Shown here piece by piece: positions 42,475 through 50,652 of a DNA stretch of 61,122 nt. Position numbers and translations under genes: made by a program. Within the stretch, counting starts at the first letter, position 1; every line of letters begins with the position of its first letter. The stretch is from Candidatus Nanopelagicales bacterium (lineage in GTDB: Bacteria > Actinomycetota > Actinomycetes > S36-B12), in the NCBI GenBank assembly GCA_049431945.1, contig JBMTDJ010000005.1, positions 1 to 61,122 of the forward strand, in the 5' to 3' direction. The notes under the pieces are model-generated. The model did no database searches. It was not told where the DNA came from and saw nothing but the letters and a program-made list of their open reading frames with translations.

Positions 42475-42947
42475 GCCAGCCCGACGGAGACTCAGCCGTG
42501 CCGCCGGGCCCTGGCCGCGGCCGGCACATTGAGACCCCGGCCCGCTTCGCCGGTGACGACGGCAGCGCCGACCCGCGCTGGGTCGACGCCTACGCCGATC
42601 CCGCTGCGGTCGAGCAGCTGCTGCGCGACGGCGTCCGTCTGCTCGTCCCGATCGTGTCCGTGCTGGACGAGGTGGACGACGTCACTGGTGGCGACAAGTC
42701 CAGCCACATGGCGAGCGTCAGCCTGATTCAGGCCGATGGGCGGCGCGGGCTTCTTGCGTTCACCGGCGTCGAGACGATGCGGCTGTGGGATCCCGCCGCG
42801 CGGCCCGTGCCCGTGGCGTCGTACGACGTCGCGGCTGCGGCGACCGAGGAAGGCGCGGACGGCGTACTCGTCGACATTGCGGGACCGGTTCGCTTCGCGA
42901 TCGATGGGGAGTTGCTCGTCGAGCTCGCGGCCCGTGTGCAGTCTTAG
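42471..42947 (+). CDS. SseB family protein
   Basis: FAGDDGSADP, RLLVPIV, DKSSHMA, DGRRGLLAFT, ARPVPV. Confidence 0.75.
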   Translation: MSQPDGDSAVPPGPGRGRHIETPARFAGDDGSADPRWVDAYADPAAVEQLLRDGVRLLVPIVSVLDEVDDVTGGDKSSHMASVSLIQADGRRGLLAFTGVETMRLWDPAARPVPVASYDVAAAATEEGADGVLVDIAGPVRFAIDGELLVELAARVQS

Positions 42948-43303
42948 GTGACGGGGCCGGTCAGCCGCTCACCAGGGCCGTCGCCCGGTGCGTCCGGGAT
43001 CGGGGATGCTTCGCGGAATGCCCGTTGCAGGGTGGACAGGCCATCGCGCAGCGGAGCGGCGTGCTGCGATCCCAGGTCCGGTGCCGAGGCGACGACCATC
43101 CCGGCCAGCGCGTTGATGAGGATGCGCGCTTCGGCCAGGTCGAGCTCGTCGGCGGCCTCGGGCCCTTCGCTGAGCCCGCAGCGGATGGCCGCGGCCGTCA
43201 TCAGGTGGACGGCCAGGGTCGACACCACCTCGACGGCAGGGACGTCGGCCAGATCGCGCACGGCGCCATCGGGGGATCCGGCGGCACGGGGAGAGTCGGT
43301 CAC
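42944..43303 (-). CDS. DUF1844 domain-containing protein
   Basis: RDLADVPAVEV...HLMTAAA..GL...DLAEARILINALAG...LQRAFREAS; usual position divergent from infC. Confidence 0.8.
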   Translation of the reverse strand: MTDSPRAAGSPDGAVRDLADVPAVEVVSTLAVHLMTAAAIRCGLSEGPEAADELDLAEARILINALAGMVVASAPDLGSQHAAPLRDGLSTLQRAFREASPIPDAPGDGPGERLTGPVT

Positions 43304-43439
43304 GTCCCCAGCCTGCCAGCCGGTCCACGGCCGGGTCATGGGTATCCACCCGCCGAGGCGCTCGGGCCCGAGCACCTCGGCGGCGGATCACTCCGTCGGG
43401 GCTGGTAGCCTTGCCTGCGTTCGGCTGCTCCGTGCAGCC

Positions 43440-43590
43440 CGCGAAGTGGAACTCGGTTCCCACCTGCCGCCCCCGGGTGTCAGGTCTCGATAGCCCGCTG
43501 ATCGGGCCTGTCGTGCCGAGCCCTCGCGTCGAGGGCCATCCTCGAGATCAGCGCCGGTGAAGGCCATCGGTGAACGACGTCGAGGAGGCG
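43440..43590 (+). promoter_or_regulatory. Structured 5' leader of infC-rpmI-rplT
   Basis: Hairpin GTGGAAC-tcg-GTTCCCAC; stem CGCTGATC/GATCAGCG enclosing CCCTCG-cgt-CGAGGG; TAGCCT -10-like hexamer at about 43406. Confidence 0.4.
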
Positions 43591-43592
43591 CC

Positions 43593-44156
43593 ATCAGCGT
43601 CGAGCCAAGGATCAACGACCGGATCCGCGTCCCCGAGGTGCGACTTGTCGGACCTCAGGGTGAGCAGGTGGGCATCGTCCGTATCGAGGATGCGCTCAGG
43701 CTGGCCCTGGAGTCCGATCTCGATCTCGTCGAGGTCGCGCCCATGGCCAAGCCGCCCGTGTGCAAGCTCATGGACTACGGCAAGTTCAAGTACGAAGCCG
43801 CAGTCAAGCTCCGCGAAGCGCGCAAGAACCAGGCGCACACCGTCATCAAGGAGATGAAGCTCCGCCCCAAGATCGACCAGCACGACTACGACACCAAGAA
43901 GGGTCACGTCGTGCGGTTCCTCAAGGCGGGCGACAAGGTGAAGATCACGATCATGTTCCGCGGGCGCGAGCAGTCCCGACCCGAGCTCGGGTTGAGGCTT
44001 CTGGCCAAGCTCGCAGAGGATGTGCAGGATCTCGGATTCGTCGAGGCCGCCCCCAAGCAGGACGGTCGCAACATGATCATGGTGCTCGCGCCGCATCGGA
44101 CGAAGGCAGCCCAAGCACGGGTAGCCGACACCGAGGCGATCGCCGCCGAGGCCTGA
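43593..44156 (+). CDS. infC: Translation initiation factor IF-3 (ATC start)
   Basis: [47 protein letters not shown] at 43582-43588 precedes ATC 43593. Confidence 0.95.
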   Translation: MSVEPRINDRIRVPEVRLVGPQGEQVGIVRIEDALRLALESDLDLVEVAPMAKPPVCKLMDYGKFKYEAAVKLREARKNQAHTVIKEMKLRPKIDQHDYDTKKGHVVRFLKAGDKVKITIMFRGREQSRPELGLRLLAKLAEDVQDLGFVEAAPKQDGRNMIMVLAPHRTKAAQARVADTEAIAAEA

Positions 44157-44199
44157 GCACGACCCCCAATCCTGGGGCCGCCCTACCGAGAGGACAGCA

Positions 44200-44394
44200 A
44201 TGCCGAAGCAGAAGACGCACAGCGGTGCCAAGAAGCGATTCAAGGTGACCGGCTCGGGCAAGATCACGCACGAGCAGGCCAATCGGCGCCACCTCATGGA
44301 GGGCAAGTCCAGCCGCCGCACCCGTCGCCTCATGGCGGACGAGACCGTCAAGCCCGCCGACGTCAAGAAGGTCAAGCGCCTTCTGGCGAAGTGA
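44200..44394 (+). CDS. rpmI: 50S ribosomal protein L35
   Basis: [21 protein letters not shown]. Confidence 0.97.
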   Translation: MPKQKTHSGAKKRFKVTGSGKITHEQANRRHLMEGKSSRRTRRLMADETVKPADVKKVKRLLAK

Positions 44395-44421
44395 CCCGCA
44401 CACCCTCGAAGGAGAACCGAC

Positions 44422-44790
44422 ATGGCACGCGTGAAGAGAGCAGTCAACGCTCACAAGAAGCGCCGTGAGGTCCTGGAGCAGGCAAGCGGGTACCGCGGCC
44501 AGCGCTCCCGGCTCTACCGCAAGGCCAAGGAGCAGGTCACTCACTCGCTCGTCTACGCCTACAACGACCGCAAGGACCGCAAGGGCGACTTCCGTCGTCT
44601 GTGGATCCAGCGCATCAATGCAGCGGTCCGCGCTCGCGGCATGACCTACAACCGCTTCATCCAGGGGCTCAAGGCCGCCGACGTCCAGGTCGACCGCCGC
44701 ATGCTTGCCGAGATCGCCGTGAGCGATCCGCAGGCGTTCGACGCCCTGGTCGATCTGGCGAAGTCCTCGCTCCCCGCATCGGCGGCCTGA
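44422..44790 (+). CDS. rplT: 50S ribosomal protein L20
   Basis: [15 protein letters not shown]...[14 protein letters not shown]. Confidence 0.98.
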   Translation: MARVKRAVNAHKKRREVLEQASGYRGQRSRLYRKAKEQVTHSLVYAYNDRKDRKGDFRRLWIQRINAAVRARGMTYNRFIQGLKAADVQVDRRMLAEIAVSDPQAFDALVDLAKSSLPASAA

Positions 44791-44799
44791 CCGCCCACG

Positions 44800-45606
44800 A
44801 TGCCAGCCGACCTGACGTCGCCGCGCTCCGCGCGCGTCACCGAGGTCCGGCACCTGCACGAACGAAGGCACCGCGCTGAGCGCGGTGCCTTCGTCGTCGA
44901 GGGGCCCCAGGCAGTGAGGGAAGCACTCGGCCAGGGTGTCCTCGAGCTCTACTTGACCGAGGCGGCCGCCGACCGCCACCCGGAGTTCGTGGAGCAGGCG
45001 CGCGACGCCGGTGGGCGGGTCGTCCTCGCCACCGAGGACGTTCTCGTGGCCATGTCGGAGACCCGCCATCCGCAGGGAGTTCTCGCTGTCTGCGCGCTCG
45101 TAGCGCGTCCTCTTGATGACGTGGTCGCGTCTCTGCCAGGCGCAGCGCCCTTAGTCGTTGTCCTCGACCGGGTGTCCGATCCCGGCAATGCCGGCACGAT
45201 CATCCGCACCGCTGACGCGATGGGCGCGGACGCGGTCGTCCTCACGGAGGGTTCAGTTGATCCGCACAATGGCAAATGCGTGCGCGCGACTGCGGGGTCG
45301 ATCTTCCACGTGCCGATCAGCGTCGATGTTCCGGCCGGTGATGTCAGGCGCGTTTTCGGCGACGCCGGGCTGTCCCTCGTCGCGGCCGACGCCCACGCTG
45401 AAGCGTCGCTCGACGATGAGCCGGATCTCCTGCGTGGGCCGATCGCCTGGGTCTTCGGGAGCGAAGCGCACGGTGTCGATGCCGCGTGGCTGGAGTCGGC
45501 CTCGGCCACACTGAGGATCCCTATGTCGGGGGACGTCGAGAGCCTCAACCTCGCAGCGTCCGCTGCCATCTGCCTCTACGCGACATCGCGCGCTCGTGGG
45601 ACCTAG
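44800..45606 (+). CDS. TrmH/SpoU family RNA methyltransferase
   Basis: DPGNAGTIIRTADA, FGSEAHG, IPMSG.VESLNLA SPOUT motifs. Confidence 0.92.
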   Translation: MPADLTSPRSARVTEVRHLHERRHRAERGAFVVEGPQAVREALGQGVLELYLTEAAADRHPEFVEQARDAGGRVVLATEDVLVAMSETRHPQGVLAVCALVARPLDDVVASLPGAAPLVVVLDRVSDPGNAGTIIRTADAMGADAVVLTEGSVDPHNGKCVRATAGSIFHVPISVDVPAGDVRRVFGDAGLSLVAADAHAEASLDDEPDLLRGPIAWVFGSEAHGVDAAWLESASATLRIPMSGDVESLNLAASAAICLYATSRARGT

Positions 45607-45620
45607 GTCCTACCCAGACA

Positions 45621-45760
45621 GGCCCTTTCGACAACGACGATGTCGTCATCATTGAGCCTCGTGAATGGCGGGCCCGGAATACGTCGACTGGAGATCCTCG
45701 GGCGATACCCGCAACGTCCGGTACGGCTACGACCCCACGGCGGTCATGAGCGAGGCCTGG
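45621..45760 (+). pseudogene. Internally deleted, frameshifted remnant of a paralogue of the 45881..46642 gene
   Basis: 45677-45712 encodes EYVDWRSSGDTR (gene: EFVDWKSSGDTR). 45743-45759 GTCATGAGCGAGGCCTG is identical to 46625-46641 (VMSEA at the gene end). Confidence 0.7.
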
Positions 45761-45880
45761 GCGCCGCCGCGTGACGCACACGACACCCGCGTGCCCTGCC
45801 AGGCGATCCTGCGGCCATAGGAGAGAATGGAGGGCCAGGATGGGCCGGTCGCGCTCGCGGCCACGCGAAAGAGGTGTCGG

Positions 45881-46642
45881 ATGAGTTACGTCAAGCTGCC
45901 CGAGCTCGAGGAGACCGGCTACGTCGTCCTGGAGTCCTATGACCAGTCGCAGGACCCCCAGGAGTGGCTGGATATCGAGTTCGTCGACTGGAAGTCCTCC
46001 GGCGACACCCGTTTCGCCCCGCTCGCCTCGGCGTACGGCGACCTCGAGTGCAACGGCTTCTGGCATCACAACCCGCCCAAGACCGATAAGGACGGGGTTT
46101 GGGTGGATGCCAACATCGAGCGTGCCCCGCGTCTCAAGGCGCGCGCAGAGGAGCCGGGCGCCAATATTGGCCGCTGCCGGGTCATCGAGCTCCAGCCCAA
46201 CGAGTACGCCGATTGCATCTGGAATCTTCACCAGGACGACAACAATCGTCTCAATCCGGAGGGGACTGGCTGGATCGTCCGAGGATTCTTCAATCTCACC
46301 GACAATCCCGACTCCTACATGATCCTGCGCGAGGACAAGGATGACCCGGCGACGGAGACGCGCATCCCGTTGCCGTCCGGCACCCAGGTGATCATCGACA
46401 CGCAACGCCTCTGGCATGCGGTGTGGCACACCGGCGAAGAACCGCGGTACTGCCTCATCACCTCCTGGGAGTCCGGTCCGGAGCTCGGCGAGTACATCCG
46501 GGCGCGCAGCCCGAGGAGCAAGGTGGACAACGCTCCGCTGGATCAGAGCGTGATCGACGAGGCGCAGGCATCCGTGGCGCGCCGTCGTGCTGAGCGTGAG
46601 GCAAAGTCCGGCGCCATGGTCGACGTCATGAGCGAGGCCTGA
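45881..46642 (+). CDS. Hypothetical protein, putative Fe(II)/2-oxoglutarate dioxygenase (aspartyl/asparaginyl beta-hydroxylase-like)
   Basis: ATG after GAGGTG RBS; HxD (NLHQD) ... WHAVWH ... EPRYCLI facial-triad-plus-Arg pattern; strong GC3 bias. Confidence 0.6.
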   Translation: MSYVKLPELEETGYVVLESYDQSQDPQEWLDIEFVDWKSSGDTRFAPLASAYGDLECNGFWHHNPPKTDKDGVWVDANIERAPRLKARAEEPGANIGRCRVIELQPNEYADCIWNLHQDDNNRLNPEGTGWIVRGFFNLTDNPDSYMILREDKDDPATETRIPLPSGTQVIIDTQRLWHAVWHTGEEPRYCLITSWESGPELGEYIRARSPRSKVDNAPLDQSVIDEAQASVARRRAEREAKSGAMVDVMSEA

Positions 46643-46720
46643 GTCGGTTTCGCTCCGCTGGCCCTCCGCGGGTAGCGTGGAGGGCATCGTGACCCGCGGA
46701 CCCGCGGGCTACCCAGGAAG

Positions 46721-47653
46721 GTGATCGTGACCTCCGCTGCCCACGCGACGGTGTCCGAAGACGACGTCCTCGATGCACTTGAGGCCGAGGCGATCCACGT
46801 CTACCGCGAGGTGGCCGGCGCCTTCCGCCGTCCGGTCCTGCTGTATTCGATCGGCAAGGACTCCTCGGTGCTCCTGCACCTGGCGCGCAAGGCGTTCGCG
46901 CCTGCGCCGATCCCCTTCAAGGTCATGCACATCGACACGACCTGGAAGTTCCGGGAGATGATCGAGTTCCGCGAGCGGATGCGCGAGGAGCTCAGCCTGG
47001 ACCTCAAAGTCCAGACCAATCTCGAAGCCGTGGCCGAGGGGGTGACGCCGTTCACCCATGGCACTCACGAGTACACCCGGATCATGAAGACGGTCGCCCT
47101 GCGCCAGGGCCTCGATGAGCTTCAGGCGGACTGCGCCATCGGCGGAGCTCGGCGTGACGAGGAGAAGTCCCGCGCCAAGGAGCGCATCTTCTCGCTGCGC
47201 GAACCGGGCCACCGCTGGGACCCTCGCAAGCAGCGACCTGAGTTCTGGCGCACCGCCAACACGGTGCTGGCCGACGGTCAGACCATGCGGGCCTTCCCGA
47301 TCAGCAACTGGACGGAGTTCGACGTCTGGCGGTACATCCGTCGCGAGCAGATCCCCATCCCGGATCTGTACTTCGCGCGTCCGCGCCCGGTCGTCCAGCG
47401 CGAGGGGACTTGGATCATGGTCGATGACGACCGGCTGCCCCTGCGCGAGGGTGAGTCGCCCGAGATCCGGTCGGTGCGATTCCGCACCCTTGGCTGCTAC
47501 CCCTTGTCGGGCGCGGTTGAGTCGACCGCAGCTGATCTCGACACGCTCATCACGGAGATGCTGGAGAGCAACGTCTCGGAGCGTGCCGGTCGTCTCATCG
47601 ACGGCGAGGGCTCGGGCTCCATGGAGGCCAAGAAGGCGGAGGGCTACTTCTGA
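46721..47653 (+). CDS. cysD: Sulfate adenylyltransferase subunit 2
   Basis: [48 protein letters not shown]; start could be 46727. Confidence 0.95.
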   Translation: MIVTSAAHATVSEDDVLDALEAEAIHVYREVAGAFRRPVLLYSIGKDSSVLLHLARKAFAPAPIPFKVMHIDTTWKFREMIEFRERMREELSLDLKVQTNLEAVAEGVTPFTHGTHEYTRIMKTVALRQGLDELQADCAIGGARRDEEKSRAKERIFSLREPGHRWDPRKQRPEFWRTANTVLADGQTMRAFPISNWTEFDVWRYIRREQIPIPDLYFARPRPVVQREGTWIMVDDDRLPLREGESPEIRSVRFRTLGCYPLSGAVESTAADLDTLITEMLESNVSERAGRLIDGEGSGSMEAKKAEGYF

Positions 47654-49542
47654 TGACCACCCTTCTCGAGCGCTCGTCGGGCATCGACGTCACCCCAGTC
47701 GTTCGCCTGGTCACCTGCGGCTCAGTCGATGACGGGAAGTCGACGCTCATCGGTCGGCTCCTCGCGGAGACTGGGTCCATCCCCGAGGACCAGTTGGACT
47801 ATGCCCGCCAAACGCGCAGAGGCGGATCGACGATCCCGGTGGGGGAGGTCGACTTCTCCCTCCTTACTGATGGCCTGGAGGCCGAGCGCGAGCAGGGCAT
47901 CACGATCGATGTCGCGTACCGGCACATGTACCTGCCGAGCGGGCGCCGGGTGATCATCGCCGATGCTCCTGGACACGAGCAGTACACCCGCAATATGGCT
48001 GTTGCGGCATCCAACGCTGACGTGGCGGTCCTCCTGGTCGATGCGGCTCGTGGCGTGCGCCCTCAGACGTTCCGACATCTGACCGTGTGCGCGCTGATGG
48101 GCGTCACTACGATCATGATCGCGATCAACAAGATGGACCTTGTCGGCTACGAGCACGCGACCTTCGAGGAACTCTCGGGGCAGGTGAAGGCGGCGGCTGC
48201 ACGTCTGGGCATCAACGAGGTCATGACGATCCCTGTGAGCGCTGTAGCAGGGGACAACGTCACCTCGCCAACCACGCACATGGCCTGGTGGCGCGGCCCC
48301 TCGCTCCTGAGTGCTCTGCAGGACTGGACCCCGCCCGAGAGCGACTCGACTCATCCCTTCCGTCTGCCCGTGCAGTTTGTCTCGCGCGCAGACGGCAACT
48401 TCCGCGGCTACGCGGGCACCGTGGCCGCGGGCGTCGTGCGGCCGGGTGACAAGGTTGTCGTGGCCGATTCGGGTCAGACGGCAACGGTTGCGCGCATCGT
48501 CGGCTTCCATGGCGACATGGCTGAAGCGGCGACCGGCGACGCCGTGACCGTCACGCTTGATCGCGAGGTGGACGTCACCCGCGGTGACCTGATCGCTGCC
48601 GATGGCACGACCGAGTCAGGAGAGACGGCGTGGCCGCAGCCCGCGGACCGCTTTGCCGCCGATGTCGTGTGGGTAGGCGAGGAAGCGCTCATGCACGGTC
48701 GCTCCTACCTCCTCGCTGTCGGCCCTCGCACGGTGCCGGCAACGGTGACGGTTGTTCGTCATCGCCTTGACGTGGTGTCCGGGCAGAAATTGGCCGCGCG
48801 CGTGCTTGATATGAACGACATCGGGCGCATCGAGATTGCCACCGACACGCCCATCCCCATGGACATGTACGCCCAGTGCCGTGACACGGGCGGCTTCCTC
48901 CTCATCGACCGAGTCACCGCGGACACCGTGGCAGCGGGGATGGTGACACATGCCCTGCGTCGTTCGCTCAACGTGGTTCCGCACTCCTACGAGGTCGACC
49001 GGGAGGCCCGCGCCCGGCTCAAGCATCAGACCCCGCGAGTGGTGTGGCTGACCGGACTGTCGGGGTCGGGCAAGTCGACCGTCGCCGATGCTCTCGAGCG
49101 CCGGCTCTATGCGCTGGGTATGCACACCTTCGTGCTCGACGGCGACAACGTCCGCACCGGCATCAACAAGGACCTCGGCTTCACGCCTGAGGATCGCGCG
49201 GAGAACGTGCGGCGCGTCGCGGAGGCGGCGAAGCTCATGTTGGAGGCCGGCCTCATCGTCGTCGTGGCTCTCATCTCGCCTTTCCGCGCTGATCGTCGGG
49301 CAGCCCGCGAGATCTTCGGAGAGGGTGATTTCCTCGAGGTCTTCGTGGATACCCCCGTCGAGATGTGCGCGACGCGCGACCCCAAGGGACTCTATGCCAA
49401 GGCGCAGTCGGGCACGCTTCCCAACATGACCGGAATCGGCCAGGAGTACGAGGCACCGGAGAACCCCGACGTCCACCTCGATGGCACAGCGTCGGTCGAT
49501 GACAACGTCGAGTCGCTCGTCCGGCTTCTCGTGGGCGACTAG
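47653..49542 (+). CDS. cysNC: Bifunctional sulfate adenylyltransferase subunit 1 / adenylyl-sulfate kinase (CysNC, NodQ-like)
   Basis: GSVDDGKST, EREQGITIDVAY, DAPGHEQY, NKMD; C-terminal WLTGLSGSGKST, LDGDNVR, RDPKGLY. Confidence 0.95.
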   Translation: MTTLLERSSGIDVTPVVRLVTCGSVDDGKSTLIGRLLAETGSIPEDQLDYARQTRRGGSTIPVGEVDFSLLTDGLEAEREQGITIDVAYRHMYLPSGRRVIIADAPGHEQYTRNMAVAASNADVAVLLVDAARGVRPQTFRHLTVCALMGVTTIMIAINKMDLVGYEHATFEELSGQVKAAAARLGINEVMTIPVSAVAGDNVTSPTTHMAWWRGPSLLSALQDWTPPESDSTHPFRLPVQFVSRADGNFRGYAGTVAAGVVRPGDKVVVADSGQTATVARIVGFHGDMAEAATGDAVTVTLDREVDVTRGDLIAADGTTESGETAWPQPADRFAADVVWVGEEALMHGRSYLLAVGPRTVPATVTVVRHRLDVVSGQKLAARVLDMNDIGRIEIATDTPIPMDMYAQCRDTGGFLLIDRVTADTVAAGMVTHALRRSLNVVPHSYEVDREARARLKHQTPRVVWLTGLSGSGKSTVADALERRLYALGMHTFVLDGDNVRTGINKDLGFTPEDRAENVRRVAEAAKLMLEAGLIVVVALISPFRADRRAAREIFGEGDFLEVFVDTPVEMCATRDPKGLYAKAQSGTLPNMTGIGQEYEAPENPDVHLDGTASVDDNVESLVRLLVGD

Positions 49543-50652
49543 ATGTCTGCGCCCAACAATCCGTACGATCCCGTGGCCGTGTCCTCTCTCGAGCCGGCCG
49601 CGGTCGAGGCCATGGTCGCAGCAGCCCTCACGTCTATCGCTGCAGCGGGTGACCTCGACGAGTTGAAGGCCGTGCGCCTGGCGCATGCCGGTGATCGGTC
49701 GCCGCTGGCCCTAGCCAATCGCGAGATCGGAGCCCTCCCGCCCGCAGCCAAGGCCGAGGCCGGCAAACGCGTGGGCAGCGCACGGGCAGCGGTGCGCGAA
49801 GCCCTCGACCAACGCCTGGGCGAACTCGAGGCGGAGCGCGACGCCCGTGTGCTGGTCGAGGAATCCGTCGATGTCACGATGCCGACCGACCGCATGTCTC
49901 GAGGCGGTCGCCATCCGCTGACGACGCTGATGGAGCGCATGGCGGAGGTGTTCATCGCCATGGGCTACGAGGTGGCCGAGGGGCCAGAAGCCGAGGCGGA
50001 GTGGTTCAACTTCGACGCGCTCAACGTCCCCCCGGACCACCCCGCGCGCACGATGCAGGACACGTTCTTCGTGGGCAGTGAGCACAGCGGAGTGGTCATG
50101 CGCACCCAGACTTCCCCGATCCAACTTCGCGCGATGCTCGAGCGCGATCTGCCGATCTACGTGGTCGCACCCGGGCGCGTGTTCCGCACCGATGAGCTCG
50201 ATGCCACCCACACGCCTGTCTTCCACCAGATCGAGGGCCTGGCCATCGACGAGGGCATCACCATGGCGGACCTCAAGGGCACGCTCGAGCACCTCGCGGC
50301 GGCAATGTTCGGCGAGGGCGTCCAGATCCGCCTGCGTCCGTCCTACTTCCCCTTCACCGAGCCGAGCGCCGAGCTGGACCTGCAGTGCTTCGTCTGCCGC
50401 GGAGCCTCCGTCGGCAACCCGGATGCACCGTGTCGCACCTGCTCGAGCGAGGGATGGATCGAGTGGGGCGGCTGCGGCATGGTCAATCCGCGCGTCCTTC
50501 GGGCCGCCGGTATCGACACCGACCGCTACTCCGGATTCGCCTTCGGCATGGGAGTTGAACGCACCCTGATGTTCCGTCACGGCGTCACCGACATGCGCGA
50601 CATGGTCGAGGGTGATGTTCGCTTCACCCGTGCCTTCGGGCTGGAGGTCTGA
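49543..50652 (+). CDS. pheS: Phenylalanine--tRNA ligase alpha subunit
   Basis: [40 protein letters not shown]. Confidence 0.98.
   Translation: MSAPNNPYDPVAVSSLEPAAVEAMVAAALTSIAAAGDLDELKAVRLAHAGDRSPLALANREIGALPPAAKAEAGKRVGSARAAVREALDQRLGELEAERDARVLVEESVDVTMPTDRMSRGGRHPLTTLMERMAEVFIAMGYEVAEGPEAEAEWFNFDALNVPPDHPARTMQDTFFVGSEHSGVVMRTQTSPIQLRAMLERDLPIYVVAPGRVFRTDELDATHTPVFHQIEGLAIDEGITMADLKGTLEHLAAAMFGEGVQIRLRPSYFPFTEPSAELDLQCFVCRGASVGNPDAPCRTCSSEGWIEWGGCGMVNPRVLRAAGIDTDRYSGFAFGMGVERTLMFRHGVTDMRDMVEGDVRFTRAFGLEV

Noticed and set aside
45743..46641. 17-bp direct repeat flanking the dioxygenase-like gene, read as a target-site duplication or att site
   Set aside because: The first copy is in frame with another peptide segment homologous to the same gene, so a paralogue remnant explains it better; no integrase or transposase is nearby.
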